The notes: generated by a model from the sequence alone, not told the origin. A DNA stretch of 63,430 nucleotides, filler included, from Pirum gemmata (GCA_002812295.1; 29 parts of 29 records of this genome joined end to end with filler, not necessarily neighbours in it), one strand, 5' to 3'; positions 1 through 12,539 are shown, counted from the whole stretch's first letter. Made by a program: numbers and translations.

Positions 1-2040
1 AGACAAAAAAAAAAAAAAAGTAACTTTTATAAGTACTTCTTTTATAAAAATTTAATTCAATTAGAACATTTTTTTAATTGGTAAGTAAATCTATTCGTTA
101 AAAGAATTTTTTTTTTTTAAAAAAATATCCAAAAAAAGCAATTTATTCTTTCAAGTTTCTGTTTTTAGATTTTTTTATTACTTGTTAAAATGTTGCAATT
201 GGTTGGGGGTACCTGAGAGCTGCTGACTAGACGACTGGGGTAGAATTTCTGCTTTTTTTATATAAATTAATTTTTTTTTATGAAAACAAAAAAAGGTAGC
301 CAATTTTCAAAAAAATAGGAAAACTTTCAAACTTATTAAAAATTACATATGTTCGAAATTTCAAACATTTTAGGATACGGTTACCTGTTAGGGTTATTTA
401 TTAAAAATAATAAATAATAATTCTGTTTGGGAGCGTTAAGGTTGCCCATGTCAAATTTGGATGTGAATAAAATGGAATTTTCCTCAAGTTTTTAAAAATG
501 TTCGAGTTTACTATTTGTTTAATATAATTAGGCTCGACAAGCATTTTCGATTTTTTTATTTCAGTTTTTACCTGCAGCTTAATAATTAATTAATATCATT
601 TTGTAGCTATTTGTTGTTCTTATTACAATATTAACAATTTTTAAAGAAGTGTATGATCATATGTACAACACAAACAAGAAAAATTATATTCTAAAAATAA
701 AAGTTTCCATACAAAGTAATATATTTTATAATTAAATCTGAAAATATTAATAATATTAATTAATTATTAATTATTTTTCAAATTTATATAATACCTATTT
801 TTAATGTTGATTTTCTATCTTTGTTTTTGTGGTTATGTTATATTATAATGTTATTACATGTATAAATACAAATTAATGTAGTTTTTAAACTGTCTTTTAT
901 AAATGTATGGCAGTGGTTATTATGTATAATTTGCTTGTGTGTTTGTTTCTCTATTTCTAATCGTTAACGTTGTTTGTAGTTATTTATTTGAATTACTTAA
1001 TTAAGCTTTGTTCTAGTTATGCACTTTGTTTAAATTAGTTATGTTTATTTATTGGTTGTTTATTGTTGTTGTTATTAGAACTGTTGTATGTTTGTTAGAC
1101 TATTAGTTTGTTAGATTGTTGTATAATTATATCTATTATATTAATATTATATTATTATAAATTATTAAATTAATTAGTTATTCCCAATTATTTTTCATAT
1201 CACTTTCTTATAATAATAGTAATTCTTGTTAACTCTATAATAATAATGTGAGTACTAATACTATTAATATTGTTTAGAATTAGGACTATTTTCTATTAAT
1301 TAACATTGCTTTTATATTATGATATTGTTAAAATATCATTACGTTTTACATATTATTATTATTGTTATTGTTATTGTTATTAGTATTATTATTATTAATA
1401 TTATTATTAAAAATAATTATTGGTATTATTATTATTATTATTATGATTATTAATATGATTATTATTATTAATAATATTAACCATAATATTGTATATCTAC
1501 AAATAAAATACATTAAATTTTTGGCATATTTTTCCTTTTGTAGATAATTGTAAATATGATAGGGTCGAAAAGTGAGCTGTTATTATATATTTTATTAATT
1601 TAATTTATTTATAATGTTTTAATAATATTATATAGTTATTTCTATATAACATAATTATATTATATAATTATTAAAGTAATATGACATAATAAGTTGTGAT
1701 AATAAAAATTAAAAATTATAAATAAACATTAAAAAATCATTACTAAAAACATATGATTTAAAAATTATGTAATTTTTTTAAAATAATTTAGGTACACAAC
1801 ACACAGCTGAGACACAGTTGCCAGTTCAAGACTCAGTTGAAAATTTCTGATCTCAATCTATAAATAAATATATTTTATGATACTTTTTTTTTTTTTTTTT
1901 TTTTTTCATAACAGCATTTGAACCCTTATATATTGGAACCAGATTTGGGTCTTTCGGAACTTTTTCTGTATATAAAATTACCAACCCTAACCCTAACAGG
2001 CCTAACTAAACCTAACCCTAACCCTAACCCTAACCCTAAC

Positions 2041-2140
2041 NNNNNNNNNNNNNNNNNNNNNNNNNNNNNNNNNNNNNNNNNNNNTTAATTAATTAANNNN
2101 NNNNNNNNNNNNNNNNNNNNNNNNNNNNNNNNNNNNNNNN
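2041..2140. other. Artificial contig-joining linker (N run-TTAATTAATTAA-N run), first of 28
   Basis: The same 100-bp linker, with stops in all six frames, starts at 2041, 4205, 6377, 8549, 10702, 12844, 15016, 17172, 20091, 22263, 25148, 27293, 29426, 31575, 33469, 35639, 37810, 39947, 42076, 44228, 46397, 48566, 50531, 52700, 54853, 56971, 59093 and 61262. Plain N gaps lie at about 19313, 23084, 42673 and 50257. Confidence 0.97.
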
Positions 2141-2571
2141 ACAAGAACTTACGCACTGTAGACTAAACATAATACCTATTCGGTTTATTTTTTTAATTTT
2201 TATGTTGAAAAATTATTTACTTTTTCACTTTTAATTAATAATACGGTATTAATATATATATACAACCTCCATCAATGTATCCAAAGGACATGTTAACTCC
2301 ACTTTTAGATTGAACTTCTTCGGCATAATCCGTATAACTAAAACCAAAATCTATAATAACCGGATATATATATATCTATATCGATTATAACGATTAACGT
2401 TTTTCACTTATAATTAATAATACGGTATATATATATATATATATATATATCGATTATAATGATTAACATTTTCACTTTTAATTAATAATACGGTATATAT
2501 ATGGAACCAGATTTGGGTCTTTCGGCCATTGGTTATATCGATTATAATACTTTTCATTATCTTATTTTTCT

Positions 2572-4113
2572 CTAGGAAATGGCAATTTCTTGTTTAAAAT
2601 ACCTATTATAATCACTTAAGTATTTTTTTTTTAAAACATAGTTTCCACTACATTTACAACTATGTATAATAGTTAAATAATTTACTTCACTTGGATTAAG
2701 TCCATCGTCTTTCATTTTTTCAAAATAGTACACAGCTTTCTTGAACTCACCGTGTTTTGTACAGCCATCAATAAGTTTGTTATAAGTTCGGTTGTTTCTT
2801 GGTATGTTTTTCATTTGCATGTCGTCAAAGTATTTAATACTTTCAAGTAACCTTTGATTTTTGCCACAACCATCAATGAGCGAGTTGTATGTCTCTGTCG
2901 TTGGTTCGATTTTGTTTTGTAACAACAACTGGAAATATTTAATACTTTCGTTTATTCTATCATTTTTACAACAACCATCGATTAAACTACTATAAGTGAC
3001 AACATCAGGAGTAATTCCCCTTTGTTGCATTTCTTGAAAATATTTTATGCTTTCGTCAATTCTATCATTTTTAGAACAACCATCNCCCCTTTTTTGCATT
3101 TCTTGAAAATATTTTATACTTTCGTCAATTCTATCATTTTTAGAACAACAATCTATTAAACTATTATAAGTGACAACACTAGGACTAATTCCCCTTTTTT
3201 GCATTTCTTGAAAATATTTTATACTTTCGTCAATTCTATCATTTTTAGAACAACCATCGATTAAACTACTATAAGTGACAATATCAGGACTAATTCCCCT
3301 TTGTTGCATTTCTTGAAAATATTTTATACTTTCGTCAATTCTATCATTTTTAGAACAACCATCGATTAAACTATTATAAGTGACAATATCAGGACTAATT
3401 CCCCTTTTTTGCATTTCTTGAAAATATTTTATACTTTCGTCAATTCTACCATTTTTAGAACAGCCATGTATTAAACTATTATAAGTGACAACATTAGGAC
3501 TAATTCCCCTTTGTTGCATTTCTTGAAAATATTTTATACTTTCGTCAATTCTATCATTTTTAGAACAACCATTTACCAAAATAGTATATGAAAAAACGTC
3601 ACCAGCTATGCCTTTAGCTAGCATATTCTTATTGAAAAATTCAATACCGCGCGTATAGTTTTGTTTTAAATAACATTTTAACAGGCTATTGTATCGTTGG
3701 TTATGAATGGTTTGCCTTAATTGTTCTTGTTCGTTTAATACTTTTAAGGCTTCGTCTGGTAAATTACAATACAAATACGCTTGAAAAACAACATTACGTT
3801 CAGCAGCAGTAATTCTGGTCGGTTGATTTTGTTGTTTATCTTTGAATGAACGAATAATAAAGTTATTTTTTTCATCTTTTTCATTCCTACCTTTAAAACT
3901 AGTTTTAGCAAAACTTGTAATTTTCTTGTTTTTATGTTTAACTTCTTGTTGTTTAGATTTTGTGGCAAATGAAGAATATTCCCGTGAGACAAAATTGGAA
4001 TATTTGTACAGAGTATTGTTGTATTTTTGGTTATTTGAATAATACGGAGAATAGCAAATTGGCGTTAAAAAATATTGCAAATAATGGCGGGCTTTTAGTT
4101 TTGTCAAAAACAT
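2572..4113 (-). CDS. Pentatricopeptide-repeat (PPR, P-class) protein, probably mitochondrial
   Basis: Intronless 513-aa ORF with about 11 35-aa motifs (e.g. VVTYNSLIDGCSKNDRIDESIKYFQEMQQRGISPD). The basic, Ser-rich N-terminus resembles a transit peptide. A single N at 3085 joins two partial repeats, so the repeat number is uncertain. Confidence 0.95.
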   Translation of the reverse strand: MFLTKLKARHYLQYFLTPICYSPYYSNNQKYNNTLYKYSNFVSREYSSFATKSKQQEVKHKNKKITSFAKTSFKGRNEKDEKNNFIIRSFKDKQQNQPTRITAAERNVVFQAYLYCNLPDEALKVLNEQEQLRQTIHNQRYNSLLKCYLKQNYTRGIEFFNKNMLAKGIAGDVFSYTILVNGCSKNDRIDESIKYFQEMQQRGISPNVVTYNSLIHGCSKNGRIDESIKYFQEMQKRGISPDIVTYNSLIDGCSKNDRIDESIKYFQEMQQRGISPDIVTYSSLIDGCSKNDRIDESIKYFQEMQKRGISPSVVTYNSLIDCCSKNDRIDESIKYFQEMQKRXDGCSKNDRIDESIKYFQEMQQRGITPDVVTYSSLIDGCCKNDRINESIKYFQLLLQNKIEPTTETYNSLIDGCGKNQRLLESIKYFDDMQMKNIPRNNRTYNKLIDGCTKHGEFKKAVYYFEKMKDDGLNPSEVNYLTIIHSCKCSGNYVLKKKYLSDYNRYFKQEIAIS

Positions 4114-4304
4114 GGTTTATTTCTTTAAAAAAAATAAAATAAAATTGGTTGTAGTAGGAGGTTATTGGTCATGTATGGGTTTTATTTTTATTATCGTGGT
4201 TGTGNNNNNNNNNNNNNNNNNNNNNNNNNNNNNNNNNNNNNNNNNNNNTTAATTAATTAANNNNNNNNNNNNNNNNNNNNNNNNNNNNNNNNNNNNNNNN
4301 NNNN

Positions 4305-4402
4305 TTGACAATTTTGCAGCCATTATTCATGTTAATATTGGCTAAAAGAGCTAAAGAAGCTAAAGTTAAGGCTTTGTTGGTGAAAAAATTTGCGAAAATC
4401 AT
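4305..4402 (-). CDS. Possible 5' end of a secreted protein, running off the contig
   Basis: ATG at 4402 after an A-rich leader gives MIFANFFTNKALTLASLALLANINMNNGCKIV, which is signal-peptide-like and open to the contig edge. Confidence 0.3.
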
Positions 4403-6178
4403 TTTGCTATTGTTATTGTTTCTGTTATTATTACTATTGTTGTTGTTAGTTTTTAGTGCAATAAATTTACTTTTTATTAAATTTTATTTTTTAATTAAAA
4501 AGTATTCTTTTCTTGATTTTTTCTGTTATGGAACTTTATGGATGAGGTCTCTTTTATACTTTTTTATTTTTATTTTTATTATTATTATTATTATTTTCTA
4601 TGCAATTCTAAAAAGGAGTTTTTTAAAAACTGATATCAATAATCTAGCTATAGTTGTCTAGATTTTAATTTTGTTTTCTAAAATTGCGCTGTTACACTCC
4701 ATATCACGACCGTAGATATGTAAATATGACGTAACTAAGGTCTATCATGCCTACATGGAGACAATGGCTGGCCAATGAGGGGACAATGATGGGAAGTTGA
4801 ACTGTGCTTTCAGCTTTCAGCCTTTCACTGCTTTGACTCAGCCTTTGAGTGCTTTGGGAGTCTTTTGAGACTCTGGGAGTTGGGGTCTGGTCTGGGAGTC
4901 TGGGAGACTTGTCTTTGGGTAACTAAATTTGGAAATATCCAAGTTTTATGTCCTTTTTGAAAGTTAGGCTTCTCCCAATTCTCCTTTTTTTTTTAAATCA
5001 AGTTTTCGAGCCTTATAATAGTTAAATAAGTTCGAAAATATTAAGCCAACAGTTACGTATTCAAGTATATTTATTTACTTACAAACCTGAAAAAATTTAA
5101 AAAATAATTTTCGAATAGGGCTGAATTTCGGCTTTTTTTTTCGACAGCAGAAATTCGAGCTTTCGGGCTCGAGCAGAATTGGGCTGGATGACTGGGGAAT
5201 CAGTGGGGATACCAGGGATAGCTCAGAGACCTCTCATAAATCACTTGCAAATTGGTACATTCCAGTTCCACCAGTGGACAGTCAGAATTTGTGTTTATCA
5301 TATCAGAGGCGAGGTGGGGTGGGTATTTTTTGTTGGTTTTTTATCATATTTAGCATAATTATTATTATTATTATTATTACTATTATTATTTTTTTGGTTT
5401 TTTTTATTATTTTTTTTTTATTATTAGATTTATTACGATATACAGTATACTACGATATTCTTATTTATTTTGTTTTTATTGTGTTGTTTTGTTTTGTTTT
5501 GTTTTGTTTTGTTTTGTGTTGTTTTGTTTTGTTTTGTGTTGTTTTGTTTTGTGCTGTGTTGTTTTGTTTTGTTTTGTTTTGTTTTGTTTTGTTTTGTTTT
5601 GTTCTGTTCTGTTCTATTTTGTTTTGTTTTGTTCTGTTCTGTTTTGTTTTGTTCTGTTCTGTTTTGTTTTGTTTACTCTGTTAACTTTGTATTTCTTTGT
5701 TGTTTTTGGCTGCGTTCTTGTTTAGTTTTGTTCTTGCTTTACTCAATTTGTTTTTGTAGTTGAATATTTCTTTTTAATTAACAAAGAGAGAGAGAGAATT
5801 AGCTGGGTAGGTTACCATTAAATCGTGTTAATAAAATAAAATGGTATAGCTCTTAATTAAAATTAGTTTACTACATTTAATTATAGATATAAAGCTATAT
5901 AACTCGATCATACTTAATTAAGGTACTTGTTATAATAATATATATTTTTAATAATATATACAGTAGTTAGGGTTAGCTTCCCACAAAAATTTCAAATTTT
6001 TTTTTTTTTTTTATTCTTTTCCATAATAGGCAAATTTTTTAAAAAATAGTCATCTACCCAGACTACCCTAACCCTAACCCTAACCCTAACTAACCCAACC
6101 CTAACCCTAACCCTAACCCTAGAATTTTTTTATATGATCCCATCATTCCCATGAGTATGATCCCAGCATGATCCCCCA

Positions 6179-6376
6179 GTGAGATATCAACTGGAATTTT
6201 TTTCGAACAGATGTTTATCGAGCCATCCTTACTAATAATAGCAGTTAAATAGCTTAAAATAGTAAACCCAATTATAATAGGTACCAATTTAAGTAGTAGT
6301 ATTGACATTAATAGTAATAAACCATAAAATCGGAAAAGTTGCGGCAGCTGTTCGGTAATAATAAAATGACGTCATC
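6179..6376 (+). mobile_element. TIR element family C, truncated copy
   Basis: Colinear with the copies at 40704-40934 and, reversed, 18344-18575. It ends at the contig edge in ATGACGTCATC. Confidence 0.8.
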
Positions 6377-6759
6377 NNNNNNNNNNNNNNNNNNNNNNNN
6401 NNNNNNNNNNNNNNNNNNNNTTAATTAATTAANNNNNNNNNNNNNNNNNNNNNNNNNNNNNNNNNNNNNNNNNNNNTATATATTATATTAATATTCATGT
6501 ACAGTAAAATAATAATAAATACGATTATAATTACCTAGGCCTATTTTAACCATACTACGTCTAGGTTTTTATTTATCGATATCATGAATAAAACATCACG
6601 TAAACTTGGTATTAAAACTTGTTTGACGGTTTAATAATAATTTTAGGTCTCTCAAAATTCGAAATAATAATTAGACTAGATTGATGATCAATACTACTAA
6701 TCGATCTATAGCTATAGCTAAATTGGCTAAATTTTAAAACATTTATTATATCAGTAGTC

Positions 6760-7036
6760 TAGTGCTTTTCAGTTGTTTTGTCATCATGAAATAAACAATA
6801 AATAGTACCAAATAAATACAATATAAATCCATTTGATTTATTTTGGTATATTTTATTATCTATGTATTGATTTAAAAATGTCAATTTAAAGATTATAACC
6901 CTCCAAATAAATATTCTTTTCAGTTGTTTTGTCATCATGAAATATACAATAAATAGTACCAAATAAATACAATTATCTATGACATTGTATTGATTTAAAA
7001 ATGTCAATTTAAATATTATAACCCTCCAAATAAATA
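6760..7036 (-). mobile_element. MITE family A, tandem pair of truncated copies
   Basis: Two head-to-tail copies starting (TAGTG)CTTTTCAGTTGTTTTGTCATCA, homologous to 41310-41499 in reverse. Confidence 0.8.
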
Positions 7037-7187
7037 CTTATCGCTAATACGATTACTAATATGACCAGACAGTTTTTTTTTATTTAGACTAGACTAGTCT
7101 ATGTAGTCTGGTCTAGTAGTCTAGAGTCTAGACTAGTTTTCGTACATTGTTGTAGACTACTAGCTAGACTAGACTACTAGTAGACTA

Positions 7188-7372
7188 TCGTGCTTTTCAG
7201 TTGTTTTGTCATCATAAAATATACAATAAAGAGTACCAAATTAATGAAATATAAATCATTTTCATTTTATTTGGTATATTTTATTAACCATTTATTCATT
7301 TAACAATGTCAATTATAAATTTATAACCAACCAAATAAATATTCGGAGTGACAAAATAAATGAAAAGGGCTA
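7188..7372 (-). mobile_element. MITE family A, full-length copy flanked by TA
   Basis: TA|TCGTGCTTTTCAGTTGTTTTGTCA...TGACAAAATAAATGAAAAGGGCTA|TA. Confidence 0.85.
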
Positions 7373-7454
7373 TAATTTATTTCGATTTTTATTACCCCAG
7401 CAGCCCAGCTCTTGTCCCAGCTCTCTCCCAGCTCTCATGTTAGACCCCGGTGTC

Positions 7455-7660
7455 TATCGTGTTTTTCAATAGTGTTTGTTGCCCAGTTCAAAAATTGAAA
7501 TAAACGTACCAAATTATTATTATGGTTAAACTGTCAGACATTTTTTATATAATTTGGCATTTTATACTTAATTTTGTATTTTATAAAAGAGTTCAATTAT
7601 ACACGTAAACAGTACCAAATTAAAGATTGAGGGGGCAGCTGTAATGAAATAGACGATGAT
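7455..7660 (+). mobile_element. MITE family B (termini TATCGTGTTTTTCA / TGAAATAGACGAT, related to family A ends)
   Basis: Homologous to 9781-10010, to 40199-40304 (reverse, partial) and to the split copy at 18270-18608. Confidence 0.7.
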
Positions 7661-7840
7661 AGTCTATTATCACTCTATTATCTATATCCTTATTATATCG
7701 TCGACTACACCGGTAGACTAGCTAGTAGTCTAGCTAGACTGGTTTTTAGTAAGGGCAAAAGGTGATACTTACTCTACCCAAGGTAGGTGCTAGCTAGAGG
7801 GTATACGTAGGTGTAATTTATATAGTTTTAATTAATATAG

Positions 7841-7902
7841 TTAGGGTTAGGGTTAGGGTTAGGGTTAGGGTTAGGGTTAGGGTTAGGGTTAGGGTTAGGG
7901 TT
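7841..7902 (+). repeat. Interstitial (TTAGGG)n array
   Basis: About 10 perfect units in mid-contig with unique sequence on both sides. Confidence 0.95.
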
Positions 7903-8654
7903 ATAATAGGGTTAGTAATTTACTGTTAAATTTACATTAGTGCATCTGATAATTTACTCTACCCAAGGAGTCCCAAGGTGTAATTTATAGATTATTATAA
8001 ATATTATTATTATCACAGTCTATCATAAAATTTATTTTTTATTTATCAATAATATAAATAATATATATATAAGGTTTAATAGAAAAGGAAAATAAACTAC
8101 TATATTGATATTTCTACTACTAGCTAGCTACTAGCTGGAGTCTATATCAAAATTATATCATATATGATAGCTAAAAAAATATCATATCATAATTTATGGG
8201 AATATAAAAGTAATATAAACTACTTATAAACTTCAATAAGTGACCTGATGGAAATTCCTTCAGGCTTCAGTTCTTCATCAACCGAAAACTCAAAATATAG
8301 AAACTTGGAATTATTTTTTTCACAAAATATTTCAAAATACTTGGATACCTCGTGGCGCCGGATTCTATGCATATTACCGGTTTGAAAAATGATTTAGAGA
8401 CTAGATTTTTTACTAAAAAAAGTAAAAAAAGACTAAAAAAAGAGTAAAAAAAGAGTAAAAAAAGACTAAAAAAAGTCGGCTAATAGAGATGCATCATTAG
8501 ATTTTTTTTTGTAGACTTTTTTTTTTTTACTAATTAAATTTGTTGGTTNNNNNNNNNNNNNNNNNNNNNNNNNNNNNNNNNNNNNNNNNNNNTTAATTAA
8601 TTAANNNNNNNNNNNNNNNNNNNNNNNNNNNNNNNNNNNNNNNNNNNNTTATTA

Positions 8655-9495
8655 CCTAACCCTAACCCTAACCCTAACACTAACACTAACCCTAACCCTA
8701 ACCCTAACCCTGGCCCTAGCTAGCCCTAACCCTAACCTTAATTAACAACTATGATACCCTAACCCTAACCCTAACCCTAACCCTAACCCTAACCCTAACC
8801 CTAACCCTAACCCTAACCCTACCCCTAAGTTCTAGAGTTCTAACCCCTATCCCTAATATTAATATAATATGATATAATAATATTAAATTTGGTCCCTAAC
8901 ACCCTATAGCTAGGCCTTTTAATTTTTAGAGCCTAACCTTAAGCTTAGAACGTTAACGTTAACCTTAAACCAAGACTAACCCTAACCTTAACTCTATACT
9001 AAACTTATATTATACTAAACTTATATTAATTAATCTTATATACTAATCTTATGACAACCCTAAACTTGCCTCTATACTAACGCTATATGATACTAACGCT
9101 ATACTAACGCTATACTAACGCTATACTAACGCTATACTAACGCTATACTAACGCTATACTAACGCTATACTAACGCTATACTTACCCTAGTGAGCAAGCT
9201 AGTAGTAGGTCAAGGGTACAAGCTAAGAAGTGATATATCGAGGGGAGTTACAGTTACAGTTAGGGTTAGAGTTAAAGTTAGAATTAGACTTAAGAGTTAG
9301 AGGTAGAGTTTTAAGAGTTGAGGGTTAGGGTTAGGGTTAGAGTTAGGATTAGGCTTAGGATTAGGATTGGGGTTAGAGTTAGGGTTAGAGTTAGAGTCAG
9401 AGTTAGGGTTAGAGTTAGGGTTAGGGTTAGGGTTAGGGTTAGGGTTAGGGTTAGGATTAAGGTTTGGGTTTAGGGTTAGGGTTAAGGTTAGGGGT
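8655..9495. repeat. (CCCTAA)n array, (TATACTAACGC)n 11-mer minisatellite, then (TTAGGG)n array
   Basis: C-rich array about 8655-8850, 11-mer about 9075-9180, G-rich degenerate array about 9259-9495. Confidence 0.9.
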
Positions 9496-9780
9496 ATGTA
9501 TTAATACCGATTGCTCCGATTTTCAACATAAAAAAACAAAAACCAAAAAAATATTCTACCTATTTTTTATAAGTTTTATGGGTAGAATTCTTGTGAAATA
9601 TATTTTTTTTTGATATTACGAATTTCTTTTATTTGGCAATTTTAATTGTAAAATGGTCATTTTTTGCAATGAATTATGAATAAATAATAAATACTAATTT
9701 TTTCTCCCATTAAATAATTTGGGCAAAATTAGTGCTAAATTGTATCCATTAAAAATAATTTGGGAATCCAATCTCTAAGA

Positions 9781-10010
9781 CTATCGTTCGTGTTTTTCTT
9801 TTTTCAATAGTTACAAAAACTTGAAATAAAAACGTATCAAATAATTATAATAATAAAACTATCGGGCATGTTTTAATTAATCTGGTAGTTTTAAAGTAAT
9901 GTTGTATTTTATAAATAAGTTCAATCAAACACTTAAACAGTACCAAATAAAAGATTGAGAGGATAACTGTAAATCAACCTAGTTTAACAACTGTAATGAC
10001 ATAGACGATT
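9781..10010 (+). mobile_element. MITE family B, diverged copy
   Basis: Colinear with 7455-7660 and contains the uninterrupted site ACACTTAAACAGTACCAAATAAAAGATTGAG. Confidence 0.65.
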
Positions 10011-11768
10011 ATACATAATTGTACGGTTAATATTTTTCACCGGTAGGCTAGTGGGCAACAAATTCAAACTTTCTCGAAAGAAAAAAAAACTAAAATGGCG
10101 CTATTAAAAATAATTTGGCTCAGTATATATCATGGTATGAGACCCGTCACCCTTTGTTCATTTTCTAGGCCTTTCAGTGCCGAATTACAGTGTGTTTCAG
10201 TTTCTTATTACATTCTTCTAAATTATTGTTATTGTTGGTACTACCAACAATAATGTGGTTTTGTGGTTTTGTGGTTCTTGTGGTTTTGTGGTTCTTGTGG
10301 TTTTGTGGTTTTTGTGGTTTTGTGGTTTTGTAGTTTTGTGGTTTTGTGGTTTTTGTGGTTTTTGTGGTTTTTGTGGTTTTTGTGGTTTTTGTGGTTTTTG
10401 TAACCCTAACCCTAACCCTAACTACAAACGAAAACTTTTAACTAACTTAAAGCAGAAAATTTGAAAGTTTCAATTTCATTTTCTTTTTTTTAAAAAATAA
10501 CTCATAGTACAATTCATGAGATCCTAACCCTAACCCTAACCCACAAAAAATAACTTCTAAAAAGATGATGATCATGTTCATAATATTAATAACTATTGTT
10601 ACAAAATACCCGAAACTATTAACCAAACTGCATAGGTACTAAAGTGTAGGTCTAGCACAAATGACGTCAAATAATATATATATCATCATCATCATCATCA
10701 TNNNNNNNNNNNNNNNNNNNNNNNNNNNNNNNNNNNNNNNNNNNNTTAATTAATTAANNNNNNNNNNNNNNNNNNNNNNNNNNNNNNNNNNNNNNNNNNN
10801 NAATCGATCAACTTCCTCATGATCATGAACAGAACAAAAAAAAAAAAGAAATGTACATCATATATGTATTAATAATTAATTTTACTTATATTAAATAATA
10901 ATAATTTTTAATTAATAAGAACGCGTAATAAATTGCATAGTTTTCTCTTTAATTCATATTATGTAACAACATTTTTGTGTAACAATATATTGCAACATAT
11001 ATATTTTAAAACTTATAATAAATTATAATTTTTAAATTTAATAAGAATTCGAATCCGAAGTTAATTAATAAAAAAAATATTTTTTTGATATTTTAATAGT
11101 TATATTAATTAATATAATATTAATAGCTATCCTAAATTAAATGTGCTTCGAATCCTGTGCTAGAGCACATAAAGGGGCCCGCGACCATGCAAAAATGCTG
11201 GAAAATGATCGTGAATAATTAAATCCAGAAATTGATGATAATAGAAGCATATGGAGGTAAAAGCATATTAATATTATTCATATCAAATTTATAAAGTCAC
11301 GAACACTAAATGATTTACAAATAGTAATTATAATATTATTAATAATATAAAATGCTTTGATCGATGATTTTAGTTGTTGGTCAGAATTACTCCGCTCAGT
11401 TGTACTACGTATACTAGTAGTAACTTTCTTACCAGAAAGATTTTTGGCTTCTCCTGTGGGTTGTGCGTTATTAATACGAGTGGGGATTTGAAAGGACTTA
11501 AAATCAAGAACTTGTGAAAACAAAAGCTGCCCATATTCGAAATTGCCATAGAAAACGATCGCGAAACGACACAGCGGATGAGAATGAGAATAAACATAGA
11601 AGAAATGAACCCATGGGCGGTGACCCGAGTACCTAGATTTTTCTTTAAAAACGCTCATATATCTCCATCGTTACTATAGATGAAGGTGAAGGAGGGGAGG
11701 AGGACAACTATATATAATATTATTATGTATTATACATGACTTTAATTAAAATCGTTATATTATAATAA

Positions 11769-11931
11769 TAGTGCTTTTCAGTTGTTTTGTCATCATAAAA
11801 TATACAATAAATAGTACCAAATTAATACAATATAAATCATTTAATTTAATTTGGTATATTTTATTATCTATGTATTGATTTAAAAATGTCAATTTAAAGA
11901 TTATAACCCTCCAAATAAATATGCAGAGTGA
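11769..11931 (-). mobile_element. MITE family A, one end missing
   Basis: Starts TAGTGCTTTTCAGTTGTTTTGTCATCA and closely matches 6760-6915. Confidence 0.8.
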
Positions 11932-12400
11932 GGTATATGATCTCAGGGTATATGATACTCTAGCTAGCTAGCTACTACTAGCTAGCTAGTACCAGTAGTG
12001 CTCCCTCGACTTACCTTCAGTATCGACTAGACTAACAATCGGGGGTTTGTCTTTTGATTGTGCCTGATCGACAATACTAACTAAGTCTTTTTGAACTAGA
12101 CTTTTTGGTTTTTTTACTACTAGCTAGCTAGCTAGCTATCTATGTTTGTTTATTTTTTATCTGTATTTTTTGTTGACATGAACGTGGACGTGGACGTCAT
12201 ATGCATCTTATCCTGTGCATCTTATTACTGGTATTATACTCTCTTACTTCACCTCTTGTTTATGGTCATTTTAGGAAGTTTTATTTATAAATATGGTAGT
12301 ATCAGTTTATGGTCATTTTAGGAGATTTTAGGTATTTTTATTGATATAAATCAAGAACCTCAGAAAAGTTGGGTTCTTATATAAATAGGGGTGTATAAAT

Positions 12401-12447
12401 ATAAAAACGCACTGATAAAAACGCACTGATAAAAACGCACTGATAAA
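12401..12447 (+). promoter_or_regulatory. Three tandem ATAAAAACGCACTG units next to a TATA-like motif, upstream of a small ORF
   Basis: Direct 14-bp repeats about 95-140 bp before ATG 12540, with TATATAAATAG at about 12378. A regulatory role is inferred from position only. Confidence 0.3.
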
Positions 12448-12539
12448 AGTTAAAACGTAAACATAAAAGCTAAAACTATATCAATAACTTTTTATTCATC
12501 TTAAGACTTCGACTTCATAGAATTGATATATTAATAAAT

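Noticed and set aside
2086..2097. Regularly recurring TTAATTAATTAA as a biological repeat or CRISPR-like array
   Set aside because: It is always embedded in N runs of fixed total length, which identifies it as an assembly linker.
11400..11670. Possible Merlin/IS1595-like transposase N-terminal relic (LLIRVGI...TCENKSCP...FFFKNAHIS)
   Set aside because: The resemblance is faint, there are several stops and no catalytic motif is visible. A translated HMM search would be needed.
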